Below, in pieces: positions 13,556-27,096 of a stretch of DNA of 64,000 bases. Source of the DNA: Octopus sinensis (lineage: Eukaryota); NCBI RefSeq assembly GCF_006345805.1, contig NC_042998.1:34782001-34846000 (forward strand). Reading direction: 5' to 3'. The position numbers were made by a program, and so were the translations under genes. Position 1 is the stretch's first letter; every line of letters starts with the position of its first letter. A model generated the notes under the pieces. It saw only the letters and a list, made by a program, of their open reading frames with translations, was not told the origin of the DNA and searched no databases.

Positions 13556-14041
13556 AGAAAATACTGGATAATAAATAAATTGCAATTAATAAACAGAGGC
13601 CCACAAAACGTAATCAAGTTCTTCAGCTTCGACCCGAAAAGATCAGTTGTATTTTTAAAAGCTTGCCAAATGTCGCGGAAAATCTTAAATATAACTTCAT
13701 TAAATGCTGTTTTAATTACATGTAAGACAAGATCATTAAATTGACGATTAATAGATCTCTTTCGCTCTTCTCGCTTCTCATTCTCTCAATCTGTCTTCTT
13801 CCAATTTATGTTTCTCAACAACAGGTAAAGATTCATTAGTCAGCTTTAGCTCAATGACCTGAATATTTTTAGGTCAGTCGGACTTCCGTAATGAGACGTT
13901 CGTTGAGATTTTTTTCAATTAACACAGCTTTTAGTATTCTCAAGAATTATCATAAAAAAAGACAAAATGAAAATAAATGTTGCGTGAAATGATCACAAAT
14001 TTCTGTGATAACACTAATCATGTGTGTGTGTGTGTAAGTGT

Positions 14042-14117
<76 letters not shown>

Positions 14118-15133
14118 ATACAAGAATACATACACACACACACATATATATCATTTATCTTTTGTTTCAATTATTAGACTGCGGCCATGCTGGGGCACCA
14201 CCTTGCAGAATTTTTAGTCGGATGGTTGAGTTGCCAAGGGATGGGGAGAACAAATACAGACACAAAATCTCTCTCGCTCTCTCTTTCTCTCTCTCTCACC
14301 CTCTCTCTCTCTCTCACTCACATATACACACACGTACGACAGGCTTCTTCCAGTTTCCGCCTACCAAATCCACTCACAAGGCTTTCGCTGGACCGAGGTT
14401 ACAGTAGCATACATTTGTCCAGAGTGTTATGCATTAGGATTGAACCCGGAACCAATGGGTTGGGAAGCAAGCTTCTTACCACATAGCTACGCTGCTCTTA
14501 TAAATACACACATACACACACATACACACACACACACACATGCACAATTCCCGTACACATACACACACATGTTCAAACCTATAGCTGCCTATCCCAAGGG
14601 AATGTGACTTGGCAGCATCTACCATGTCTCCGCTAGATATTGTAGGTGCCAGAACACCGAAGATGTGACCTCTGATGGGAAGGAGAAGGAGCTGCAACAG
14701 CCCCCTATCGGTACAGTTTCACCTGAGTAGCCACAGCCCTGGCGGCCCTGAAATCGGATACACGATTCTACATCCTTTACTTGTTTTAATTATTTGACTA
14801 CGGTCATGCTGGAACACCACGACTGTTTTTTTTTGTATTTATTTGAAAGCCTAGTACATATTCTATCAGTCTTTTTTTTTATCGAGCCACTAATGTAACG
14901 GGAACATAAACAAACCAGCACCGGTTGTGAAGCAGTTGAGGAGGACAAAAACGCATGCACACATACACAAACACACAGATACGCATACATATATACATTA
15001 AACATGTTTCATACATGCATTTATATAAATTCATATTTTTGCAAGTATACATACATTGAAACAACTATACATACATACATATATATATGTGTGTGTATGT
15101 GTGTGTGTGTGGTGTGTGTGTGTGTGTGTGTGT

Positions 15134-15629
15134 GGTGGCGCAATGGCCCAGTGGTTTGGGCAGCGGACTCGTGGTTTCGATTCCCATACCTGGCGTTGTG
15201 AATGTTTATTGAGCGAAAACACCTAAAGCTCCACGAGGCTCTGGCAGGGGGGAGTAGCAAACCCTGCTGTATTCTTTCACCACAACTTTCTCTCGCTCTT
15301 TTTTCCTGTTTTTGTTGTACTTGTATTTCAGAGGGGCCAGCCTTGTCACACTCTGTGTCACGCGGAATCTCCCCGAGGACTACGTTAAGTGTACACGTGT
15401 CTGTGGAGTGCTCAACCACTTGCACGTTAATAAATGAGCTACGATGTCACTGGTGCCAAGCTGTATCGGCCCATTTGCCTTTCCCTTGGATAACATCGGT
15501 GGTGTGGAGAGGGGTCGCTGGTAGGCGTGGGCGACTGCTGGTCTTCCATAAACAGCCTTGCCCAGACTTTACCTCGGAGAGTAACTTTCTGGGTGCAATC
15601 CCATGGTAATTCATGACCGAAGGGGGTCA
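15134..15629 (+). mobile_element. SINE family A copy with alternative 3' tail
   Basis: Same head and core as 296-683, then a tail ending GGTGCAATCCCATGG...GACCGAAGGGGGTC that is shared with 47455-47787. Confidence 0.85.
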
Positions 15630-15695
15630 CAACAATATATACACATACATATAAAAATATATATATACTTATATATAAATATAAATATATACACA

Positions 15696-15767
<72 letters not shown>

Positions 15768-16193
15768 TGATAAAAATGGTAAGACAACAAAAGAGTGAAA
15801 GAGACCTCGATATTATGTAAATAGAGGAATTTATCTGTAAATGTAGTATGTGACAATTATTCGGTAGCCATGATAAAAGTCCGAGTTAACAACAAACAAG
15901 ATGAGGACAAATATCCATCAAATGTAAATAATGTAAATAATGTTACAAAAAATAAGTCGTGGGGTCGCTTTGTTCGACTAAAGGCGGTGCTCCAGCATGG
16001 CCGCAGTCAAATGACTGAAACAGGTAAATGACTAAATGAATAAATTTACGGCACATAAATTTTAGCGACAAAATCTTATATGGACCCCTAAGGGCGATAG
16101 GGACCCCAGTCGAGCATCACTGGTTCAAAATTTTACAAGAAACATAATATCCTTCGTAAGAGATGCTATTTTATGAAAAATGTAACAACTTAC

Positions 16194-16292
16194 CTCATCG
16201 GAACTTTTATATTCTGAATATAACAGTGATATTAGATAGGGTAACCAGCAAATGCCGAAAACAAAAAGGATCGAAACCAACATGATGACAAC
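16194..16292 (-). CDS. GPCR exon encoding TM6 and ECL3
   Basis: VVIMLVSILFVFGICWLPYLISLLYSEYKSSDE contains CWxP. Acceptor TTTCCAG, donor GAG|GTAAGT. 99 nt, phase 0-0, continuing RMKRK from the previous exon across a 23.4 kb intron. Confidence 0.95.
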
Positions 16293-16809
16293 CTGGAAAC
16301 GAAAGAATAGAAAATATTTTATAATTATTTCCATTAATCAATTAATTATTATTTTTAATTTATAATAAAAATGTAACACATAATGAGAGTTAAAAGAGAA
16401 CTTCTTGTGCTTGTGGATTTACCGAAAGAAAGCTTCTACGAAGTGATTAGACCTACAAGATATATTTGTCAGTTTCTCCCTAAAATCAAATTCTTCCGTT
16501 TTGACGACAGTGGGATATATTGGATACTGTAATGCCTGAGACATAAGAACAGGATGATCACGTTTGGAACGTCTTTTTGGTCATGGATATAGACATTTAG
16601 AGCTTGCTTCTACCTTAACAGAAACAAACTCTACCTGAAATGTTGGAACCAAGAAACTGAATTGTGATAAATTTCTTCGTAAACAAATTTTGTCATCTAA
16701 TATCTACCTTAATTCATACGTTGTTATTCTCTCTCTCTCTTTCTTTCTTTCCTTCTTTATTACATTCTTTCTTTCTTTCTTTCTTTCTCTTACACACTCT
16801 CTCTTTGTG

Positions 16810-17208
16810 TACACACGTGCACACACACATACACACACACATACAAACACATACACAAATATATACATATGCATATATACATCCACACGCGCGTTCACAC
16901 ACAGATATATGCATATGCATATACACATACACATGCGCGTGCACACACACACACACTCACAAATACAAATATATACATACAACGCACGCACGTACACACA
17001 CACACACAAACACAAATATATACATATGCATATATACATACATGCGCGCGTTTACACACACACACACACTCACACACATACAAACACAAATATATACATG
17101 TGCATATATACATACACCTGCGCGTGCACACACACACAAACACAAATATATAAATATGCATATATTCATACACACACACACACAATTACACACACAAACA
17201 CACACACA

Positions 17209-17280
<72 letters not shown>
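16810..17280. repeat. CA/TA-rich compound minisatellite
   Basis: A unit like CACAAATATATACATATGCATATATACATACAC..GCGCGT..CACACAC repeats about five to six times. Confidence 0.8.
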
Positions 17281-18195
17281 CCCATAATTGATTCTTCTAC
17301 AATCGAAGCTTGGTCGTCGACAGCGTCAACTTAATCTTCAATTGCGCAACACATTTTGAAAATATCCTATCTTTTGATCAGTAATAAAATCAATTTCTTA
17401 CTCACTTATCATCATTATCAACATATACTTAAAGTGTAAACGATGTATTTAAGAAAGTCGGACATTCTTTTTTTATTATTATCTCTTTGCAAACGGTCTA
17501 TTAATTTGAAAAAAAGGGAAAATGTTTGAAAGTCAAAAATGATGTAACGTTTAGTTTCACAAGATTTTTTTTTTGTTTTGGATTTTACATAAATTCATAA
17601 TTTTCCTTCGTCTTCACTCATTTATAGAAACAATGGTTTACTTGAAGGATTTTTCCTCATCACCACCACCACCACCACCATCATCAGCCGTTCAAGAATT
17701 TGGACCTGGAGATCTCCATTTCCAGCGACTTCGAGGGCCACCTCCCAGTGGTGTCGGGCGTCAACGAAAAGCCCTCGACTACAACAAGACGAGCAAAGTT
17801 TTTTTTTTCCAAGGTCTGGGGTCTCCCGCCCCTAAGCCCTAGACCATCACCAAATCACCCTTACCCGTCTTGTTGCTTAACAACAACAACAACAATCATC
17901 ATCATCATCATCATCATCATTCGTTTTACATGTTAATGATAATAATGGTTTCAAATTTTAACACAAACCCAGCGATTTCGTTAAGGCGGTAAGTGGATGG
18001 CATCGACCCCCCCCCCGCCAATGCGCAACTTGTACTTATTTCATCGATTCGGATGCAAGGCAAAGTCGATCCCGGCGGAATTTGAACTCACAATATAAAG
18101 TTCGCTATAATGTCTTAGTTTTAATTTTAGAAATAATCAACCTTTTGCATGTCGTTTGAATTCTTAATTATGAACCAAACTGCATTTTATGAAAA

Positions 18196-18437
18196 GGCGG
18201 CGAGCTGGAAAAGGCGGCGAGCTGGAAAAGGCGGCGAGCTGGCAGAATCATTAGCAGGCCGGGAAAAATGCCTCGCGGTATTTCGTCTGCCGTTACGTTC
18301 TGGGTTCAAATTCCGCTGGGGTCGATTAAACAAGTACCAGTTACGCACTGGGGTCGATATAATCGACTTAATCCGTTTGTCTGTCCTTGTTAGTCCCCTC
18401 TGTGTTTGGCCCCTTGTGGGTAGTAAAGAAATAGGCA
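18196..18437 (+). mobile_element. SINE family B copy
   Basis: Head triplicated (GGCGGCGAGCTGG x3). A partial minus-strand copy lies at about 17945-18095. Confidence 0.85.
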
Positions 18438-18719
18438 TTTTATGAGAAGGCTGGGACACCACAGATGCGTAATTTTGTCTATTATCGTTAAGGTGTTTGA
18501 AGAACAGCGGATTTTAGTTCATTTTGTACTCTTCTTTTTCGCCGAAGCGTTTTAGATTGCCACTTTGAAGAAATTGTTTGTTCACATTCTCCTTGTTTTA
18601 TAACGAAATTTTGTCTTTGAGACATTTTCTACCTTACCCTTTCTTGTTTTCCCCGACCCTTTGTAGGGTTTCTTCTAAAAACTATTATTCCTTTCTTATG
18701 ATGTGATTAACAAACGGGT

Positions 18720-19135
18720 AGTTTCCACATCTACCGAACACCTACGAGACGTTCGTATACGTAAGAACGCCCCCATCGCCCGTCATTTTCGCTTGGCCGG
18801 CCACTCCACCTCGGACCTCACCATGGATCCACCATCTCTAGACTCTGCCTGGAACAACGCTACATATTCATTTTACGTATTTCTATTTCTCCTTCCACTT
18901 CCGGTCACTTCAAAAATGTAACTGCACGTGAACTATTGGCGATTTTCCCTTATTTTTCCTTCTTTCTCTTTAGACTTACCTCTTTCCGACGAAGAGCTAT
19001 GCTCGAAACGTTAACAACTCTCTCCTTTCACCGAGCGTCAAGCTGATATGTTGCTTGTATACGTCCTCACGTTCGATTTTCTTTTCTTTTTTCTCTATTT
19101 TTTAATTGTTTGTTCTGTGAATTGACTATTTCTAA
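18720..19135 (+). mobile_element. PLE 3' fragment: GIY-YIG remnant plus hammerhead-bearing terminal repeat
   Basis: TEHLRDVRIRKNAPIARHFRLAGHSTSDL followed by CCGACGAA-GAGC-TAT-GCTC-GAAACGTT at 18986-19012. Confidence 0.8.
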
Positions 19136-19214
19136 TAGCAGCTATACAAAGCTATTTGAAATACCATACCCAGAATTTTGGCTGATGGTGGTGCTCTGAA
19201 GAGTGGGGCTCGTT

Positions 19215-19540
19215 GCTATTGAATACGAGATAATCCGACTACGGAAAATGAAGAAGATGACGATAGTACCAATTATTATCGGATCCTTGGGTACAGTTTC
19301 AGAAGGCATCAAGAGGACTATAAAGGAAATCGGAATAGAGTACCCAGTAGAACTGTTATAAGAGCCCTGCCTTGCAGACATGACCAAAATCATCACGCAA
19401 CTACTTGATAGTTGAAAAGAACAGCTAGCATAATTCCGTAGGCTGCAGGTAGCAACCCCGATATGCATGCAAGATTCAAGGATTTCCAGCAAACCCCGAG
19501 GTAAAAAACGAGGATAACAATACGAGTAATAATGATAATA
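19215..19540 (+). mobile_element. R4/Dong-like LINE 3' fragment
   Basis: YEIIRLRKMKKMTIVPIIIGSLGTVSEG...IITQLLDS* (RLE C-terminus), ending in an AAT-rich tail. Confidence 0.75.
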
Positions 19541-19808
19541 GCTAAGAAAAATATTATGAAGCTGAAAATACCCGATTCCCTTATAACTCTTTCAAAATAG
19601 AAATATTATAAATTTTATAAGATCTTAGTCCTCAGATTCCAGTCTCCTTCCTCCACAACATGTTATTACTAATCATAAATATGACCTATCGTGAAACGCC
19701 CAGCTTGCTTCTAGTTGAGTCTCTGGGTGAGACTTGGAACAGCTCGTATAAAACGAAGCAGCAGCAACAATAATTTATTCTCTTATTAGCCACAATGGCC
19801 ACAACAGC

Positions 19809-19851
<43 letters not shown>

Positions 19852-19854
<3 letters not shown>

Positions 19855-20408
19855 GCCCTGATGCAGTACCAGGCAGTGGCTCTCATGGCTTCTGATCTTA
19901 ACTGATTGGAAGTGTTATCATGTACATTGTTTTGTCTTGGTATAAAAGATGGGCTACAGCAAATATTCTGCTCAATACCACAGATTTGCTTGTCAGTTGT
20001 TTGACCTTAACCAGTTGAGCATGTCCCTTAGTGGCTGACGATATGTGCATCTCTGATCACGAGCAGAAGTAGTGGGGGAGCATCATAGCCATGTGTTGAG
20101 AGGGATTCTTTGGGGTTTGAATAGTTCACCTCTGGAAACATGGGTGGTTCTTTCAACATCCTTAAACAACCCTTATTCAGGGACCGTTTGAGCGGGATGG
20201 GTTACTCAACCTGAAGAAAATTCTAACTGGGCCCCACCTGCAAGGTCATGTGCTGTTTATCTTGATATGAGATCACCATGTCGCGCACATATGGTTGTGA
20301 TGCATGTGCCTGGTGTACCTTTATCAGACGGGTAGTCATGATGGGTATATTGGGCTTCGTATATTTTACCCCAGTGTCACTTTGATGGCATGAACTGCTC
20401 TCTCACTC
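19852..20408 (+). mobile_element. About 560-bp non-coding element inserted in (TAA)n
   Basis: Starts AATGCCCTGATGCAGTACC and ends CTCTCTCACTC(AAT)n. A 5'-truncated copy lies at 20429-20898, a minus copy at 27097-27664 and a 25-bp 3' stub at 24968-24992. Confidence 0.88.
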
Positions 20409-20428
20409 AATAATAATAATAATAATAA

Positions 20429-20898
20429 TAAAAGATGGGCTACGGCAAATATTCTGCTCAATACCACAGATTTGTTTGTCAGTTGTTTGACCTTAACCAG
20501 TTGAGCATGTCCCTTAGTGGCTGACGATATGTGCATCTCTGATCACGAGCAGAAGTAGTGGGGGAGCATCATAGCCGTGTGTTGAGAGGAATTCTTAGAG
20601 GTTTGGATAATTCACCTTTGGAAACATGGGTGGTCTGTTCAACATCCTTAAACAACACTTATTCAGGGACCTTTTGAGTAGGATGGGTTACTCGTCCGGA
20701 AGAAAATTCTAACTGGGCCCCACCTGCAAGGTCATGTGCTATTTATCTTGGTATGAGATCACCATGTCGTGCACATATGGTTGTGATGCATGTGCCTAGT
20801 GTACCCTTATCAGATGGGTAGTCATGATGGGTATACTGGGCTTCGTTTATTTTACCACAGTGTCACTTTGGTGGCATGCACTGCTCTCTCACTCACTC
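20429..20898 (+). mobile_element. 5'-truncated copy of the (TAA)n-associated element
   Basis: Highly similar to about 19943-20408; begins within the AAT tail of the previous copy. Confidence 0.88.
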
Positions 20899-20950
<52 letters not shown>

Positions 20951-21993
20951 TTAATAATAATAATAATAATAATAATAATGATGATGATGATGATGATCAA
21001 GATGATGATGATGATAGCAATAGGAATAATAAATACGACTATAACAATACTGTTAAGCTGTGATATTAACAAAGCACGACAACATTGCTACAAAGCAAAG
21101 AGAAGATTATTAAAATAGGAAGACTCTTAGTTCTTAGCTCTAACCCCGTTAACAGTGCAGCTTGTATTCTGTGAAAGAAAATTTCACTGCAACAGTACAA
21201 TTAACACAATGAAGTTTCTGCTCATCTCCCATATATTTTCAACATAACCAGTACACAAATATGTAATATAACGCGTAGGAACATTACACAGCATAAGTAT
21301 TACTCTTACAGAAATGACACCTGATACTATAACATTCCTGACATTCCATACACAACTCACGCAACTAAGTATCAATGACTACCTGATGCTATATTATGTA
21401 ATTCAACTCAGGAACAAACTAGAACATTTCACATTGCCACCATTCCAGACCACGAACATGAAACAGAAGCAATTACGCAAACGCACAACAAAGCTGATGT
21501 CATATAAAAGCAGAATCGTAAGCCTGAAAAAAGACATTGCTGCCCACGGGAAGACAGAGGTGCACCTAGTGATGTGGTGCACGAGAAACTAGCATTAATT
21601 AGTTGAAAAAGAAAGAAACGATATCGATTTATCGATCGGCCGCAAGGCGTCGCTGGTAATACAAAAATGAAAATTATGTAAATGAAAAATGAAAAATAAA
21701 GAAACAGTGAGAATCATATGTCGAGTAAATCAATGAACGCCACAATTACGATAACAGAGTATTAAAAATAGATAACAATAAACGGCTTTACCAATATTAA
21801 ACTAAAATAACAAGGAAAAGAATTCCCCAAAATGGGAGCAACGATATAGAATGATTTTGGACACTGCAAGGAACCTCAGATTGCACTTACATATCAAAGT
21901 AAAATGTTCCCCTGCAGTTTTTGACGTCCCCTTCATAGCAAAATTGTTCCCTCAGTTACGTCTCAATTTTGTCATTCTGATCTACTTGTCATC

Positions 21994-22372
21994 TCTCTCT
22001 ATATAAAGCTGAAGTTGTCTGTGTATGGCAGGTTTGGTAGCCTTCAACTAACACTATTTCCTCCGAGACCCTGCGGCGCAAGTTGACCAAAATTGAGAGT
22101 ATGATAGAAGGTTTGCACTTCCTTCCGTAGAAGAAAAAAATTCAAATCGGACCATGTTAAGACCAAAAATTATTTACATCAAAAAGGTGCTTTTTGAAAA
22201 TCCCTATTTTTTACGATGTTTTGACTGCTGTGTCGCCATTTTCGGTATATTTCAACCAGAAAAATGTTCAGTTAAAGAGAATAACAAGCTACATAATGCA
22301 ACATTTTTACTCTTCAAAAATTCCAATTCTAAAGGGTCGAAACAAACCCGAGCAACGCCGGGCGATACTGCC
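21994..22372 (+). mobile_element. Non-autonomous Helitron-like element
   Basis: 5' TCTCTCTATATAAAG; subterminal hairpin CCCGAGCAACGCCGGG followed by CGATACTGC (terminal CTAG degenerate). Confidence 0.75.
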
Positions 22373-22962
22373 AATCCTTTAATAAAATTTACTGGAGGAT
22401 AATATCTCCCTCTGCAAGTAGCACTTGAAAAGTTCCTCGCAATAATAACAAAAATATTGATAAATTAGAAACTCTAAACCGGACTTAACCAAACAAGCTA
22501 ATCACGTATTATTTGACATAATTACAAAGCAAATAACTAGAAAGTATATAAAAGGCTGCAACCAAACTCTCTGTGCACGTCACAGCATGTGTAGTAAGCA
22601 GAACTGTTGGTGTCTGAATAAAAAAATGTAGATCTATTATATGACGTTTTTAATATGAACGAAGACATTGATACTGAGCAGTAAGACATATATAAAGTCT
22701 CTCATCGAAAAGATTTTCAACATGAAAAACAGAACACTTGCCGAGAGAACTTATATGATTGTAAAGACCAAGAGCTGATTTATAAATCTATGATCGAAAA
22801 CAGCAGACAAAAGCGAGAACTTCGCACTGAATGATTTGTTTATAAAAAGAATGAAAGCGTATAATGGATCGTCAAGTCTCATTGAAAATATATAAATAAC
22901 AGTTATTATATAAATAATAGAAGGTAGTTTATCAAAATAGTACTAAATGGGGTATAAATGAA

Positions 22963-23265
22963 GGCGCTTGGCTTAATGGTTAGAGTATTCGGCTCACGGT
23001 CACAAGATCGGCATGTTTTTCCCCCTGAGGAAGACACTTTATTTTCACGTTGCTCGATTCCACTCAGCTGGTAAAAAATGAGTAGAACCTGTATTTCAAA
23101 GGGTCGCCTTTGTCGCATTCTGAGTCACGCTGTATCTCTCTGGGAACTACGTTAAAGGTACGCGTGTCTTTGGAGTACTCAGCCACTTACATGTTAATTT
23201 CGTGAGTAGGCTGTTCCGTTGATCAGATCAGCTGGAACCTTCGTCGTCGTCGTAACCGACACAGT
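22963..23265 (+). mobile_element. Older family A-related SINE
   Basis: GGCGCTTGGCTTAATGGTTAGAGT head and 3' part matching 296-683. Similar diverged copies at about 33942-34240 (TSD TATACTAAAGT), 11227-11490 and 43745-43860 (-). Confidence 0.75.
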
Positions 23266-24064
23266 GTCAGTTAAGTGGTGTATTAAATAACTAAGGCGGT
23301 ATCTGATAGGATTAGGAATTCCCCAATACTGTAATAGTTCAAACAGATTCTCTCTACCCACCATTAAATGTCTCAAGTGAGCATCAAAATATCGAACCGG
23401 TGACCATTCTAAAATGCGATTAAACTACAGAAAACAACACAAAAACACACATATATGTCTAACATATCGCTGCCTCGTCCTCCAGACTTCTTTGTCACCG
23501 ATTCGTCGTCCATACATCAACGAAGAGAAAAAGGGTCGATTGCATAAAGTTGAGGCGGGAGCCAGGCAGAAGAAAACCAGTGACGATCAAATACTTAAGA
23601 AAATTGAAGAACCTTACCAAAACATCCACTAACAATCACCGCTACCAAAGTATCGTCAACAGCTAAACTCAGGACAAAACGCACGCACAGACAGACATAC
23701 ACAAGCACAACAGCCATTTTGCCTTTTATCTTTCCGGGTTCGATAAAATAAAGTACCAGTTTGTTACTGGGGTAGCTGTGACTTGAGCGAATCGCGCCTT
23801 CCTGCATATTTCTGGCTTTGTGGTGCCTATATTAGAAATACTTAAACATTGGTGGATTGGAGGATTCGTAAGAACAGCAGAGAAACATTTTTCGCTGTTT
23901 CTTCTGGTTCTTTACGCTCTGCGTTCAAACCCAGCCGACGGCATCTTTGTCCTTCATCGTTCTGTGATCGATAAAATACAGTTCGAATCAAGTAGTGGGT
24001 CATTGATATGCATTTATCCGCTATGGTCACTGGCTTTGTGCCAAAATCAGAAACAATTATTATC

Positions 24065-24266
24065 AGTAGTAGTAGTAGTAGTAGTAGTAGTAGCAGCAGC
24101 AGCAGAAGTGGTAGTAGTAGTAGCAGCAATAGTATAGTAGTAGTAGTAGTAGTAGTAGTAGCAGCAGCAGCAGTAGTAGTAGTAGTGACAGTAGTAGTAG
24201 TAGTAGTAGTAGTAGTGTAGTAGTAGTAATAGTAGTAGAAGCAGCAGCAGTAGCAGCAGCAGCAAC

Positions 24267-24307
<41 letters not shown>

Positions 24308-24320
24308 CAGCAGCAGCAAC

Positions 24321-24358
<38 letters not shown>

Positions 24359-24383
24359 CAGCAGTAGTAGTAGTAGTAGTGGC

Positions 24384-24421
<38 letters not shown>

Positions 24422-24428
24422 CAGTAGT
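24065..24428. repeat. (AGT)n/(AGC)n microsatellite
   Basis: Directly visible. (ATT)n arrays also at 24897-25264, 34420-34606 and 41006-41084. Confidence 0.97.
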
Positions 24429-24908
24429 AACATATTCTTAGGTTTTATGCACCAGCTAAATCTTTATATCTGAATACAGAAACAAATTCCCTTACGGGTT
24501 TGACAATTGTGAGTTACCACATCAGCGTGAAAGCCTTTATTGCGACAAAGCATTCTTAGAGTGTCCTTCAAATTTTCTTCCACACAATACGCACTTAACC
24601 AGTGGAGAAATGAAAACTCGTATCAATAGATATGAATAGAACAACACAGATCAATGGCGTATACGAAAACAGGGCGGTGAATAAAGACCAGCGACATTAT
24701 AGAGGGAAAGATATTTACTTTAAGATGTAATAATAATAAAATTAGCAGTATTAATACAACACACATTCAGAAAATATTTTGCCAGGAAAAGACGAGCCGA
24801 GTTTACAAATCTGATAAATTTGGTTTTGAAGAGCAATAGTGAGAAAGCATAACACTAAACGCATTAACTATAAACAAAATGGAAATTGCTGAGAAATTAT
24901 CATCATCA

Positions 24909-24967
<59 letters not shown>

Positions 24968-25115
24968 GAGTGAGAGAGCAGTGCATGCTATCAATTATTA
25001 TTATTATTATTATTATTATTTTATTATTATTATCATTATTGTTGTTGTTGCTATTATTATTATTATTATTATTATTTTATTATTATTATTATTATTATTA
25101 TCATTATTGTTGCTG

Positions 25116-25173
<58 letters not shown>

Positions 25174-25685
25174 CATTATTGTTGTTGTTGTTATTATTAT
25201 TATTATTATTATTATCATTATTGTTGTTGTTGTTGTTGTTATTATTATTATTATTATTACATTACCCTTCATAAATCTTTTGAGAAAAGCAGGTAATTAC
25301 AAAACAACAACTGACTGTATGCGCTGCAGGAGAAAATATCTTTGGACAAATAGTGATGTGAATATGTTTAAAGCTGAAAGTCAATACTAAACAAATATCA
25401 ACAAACTGTGCAAATTTAGATTAAGTCAAATAATATTGAGCCATATATCTTTATTTAACCTGAGCGAAGTTAGCGTGGGTTTTTTTCCTTTATGCATCCA
25501 GGAATGCAAAAATGGTGATAAGAGTATTTCTTCATATACCAAACCCAAAATAAAAACAAAAAAAATGAATGCCAAAGAAGGGCGAATATTTAACAATACT
25601 CTTGACACGAATATTTTGAAGACACACACACAGAAATGCGATAGAGCGAAGTATAAGTGACAGAGAATTTTTATATGCTATATAT

Positions 25686-25976
25686 ATCACGTGATCACGT
25701 GACCGACCAGACCATCAGATGTTGTTACACATCGCTGGTCACAATGCGTTCGCATTGTTTTAGCCTTCGAATGACGCCACTCCGCTGGCTGAGCGAGCAG
25801 GCCAACAGAAGAAAGAGTGGTGAAAGAGTACAGCAGGGATCACCACCCCCTGCCGGAGCCTCGTGGAGCTTTTAGGTGTTTTCGCTCAATAAACACTCAC
25901 AACGCCCGGTCTGGGAATCGAAACCGCGATCCTTCGACCGCGAGTCCGCTGCCCTAACCACTAGGCAATTGCGCCT

Positions 25977-25980
<4 letters not shown>
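25686..25980 (-). mobile_element. SINE family A copy with third tail type
   Basis: Reverse complement of the family A head; tail ...GCGATGTGTAACAACATCTGATGGTCTGGTCGGTCACGTGATCACGTGA, also present alone at about 6808-6935 (+). Confidence 0.85.
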
Positions 25981-26044
<64 letters not shown>

Positions 26045-26188
26045 GTATATATATACATATGAAAAATAGAAATCGGTTTGAGCAACACGTTTTATTACAT
26101 AACACTAAATTACTTCAAAGTCAGTTAACCTGCACAAACATTGCTGAGCTATCATATGAATTAACACATATTATTATTATTATTATTA

Positions 26189-26234
<46 letters not shown>

Positions 26235-26775
26235 CTAAAACACATTAAAAATGAGATTGAATCTAGCTTGCTTGATTGCAATGTTACTCAGCCAAACTGA
26301 CACGTAATGGGAGAATACTATGAATTAAATCTCCCTAAAATGTAAATACGAACGGAATAAAACATATTTTGCGTAAATCGGATAAATGGTTGTGAAGATA
26401 TGAAAGGTCTTCAGTGTATAAATACCAAAAACGGTGCATAATGGGAAACGTTTCCGAAATTAACTTAATCCTGAAAGGGTAGTAACTCTTTCCTTTCGAT
26501 TAGACTGATTTGACAACGAAAAATTACGATTGTCTTTTTTAATATTTTTAACTGAATGTAATTTCAAAAATGTAAGTTGTTTGTACAATAAGTATTTACA
26601 TTTTAGCTTTCTTTAAACAGACAATATTTCAATGTTTTTTCAAAATTATTTTCAAGTGAATACTTTCACAAAATTTTTTTGGCATAAATATTTTGTAAAA
26701 GACTCGTTCATAATCTCGGTGCGAAATCATTTTTTCCATAGGTTTTTTCGAGTCCATTCAACGTATCTCCCTGCC

Positions 26776-26894
26776 AAAGATTTGGCTGCTATTTCTAGCA
26801 CGCCCTGCTACTACGTAACAGCTATTTTCGATAAAGGATTCGAAATACCTGTTACGTGGTAGCAGGGCATGCAAGAAATAACAGCCAAATCTTT
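26776..26894. repeat. About 120-bp hairpin (inverted repeat)
   Basis: AAAGATTTGGCTGCTATTTCTAGCACGCCCTGCTACTACGTAACAG..TCGA pairs with TCGAAATACCTGTTACGTGGTAGCAGGGCATGCAAGAAATAACAGCCAAATCTTT; 8-nt loop. Confidence 0.9.
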
Positions 26895-27096
26895 CTTTGT
26901 CTGGGGAGAGGAGCCGCTTACGCGTGATTTCGATGTCATATTCATTGAAAGTATACAAAATAACCTGGCAAAGAAAAAATCCCACGAAACAAAACTCCGT
27001 TTCTGGAAAACTCAGACTTTCCTGGCGACCCACCGAGTTACAGGTAGTCTAGTTATTATTATCATTATTGTTATTGTTGTTATTATTATTATTATT

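Noticed and set aside
20170-20245. HDV-like ribozyme in the TAA-associated element
   Set aside because: GGGTTACTC..GAAGAAAATTCTAAC is suggestive, but I could not build P1/P2/P3 with a proper L3 by eye.
21050-25660. Long, very degenerate Dong-like LINE body interrupted by later insertions
   Set aside because: Only faint peptide resemblance (for example SRIVSLKKDIAA); it needs a profile-HMM search before being called.
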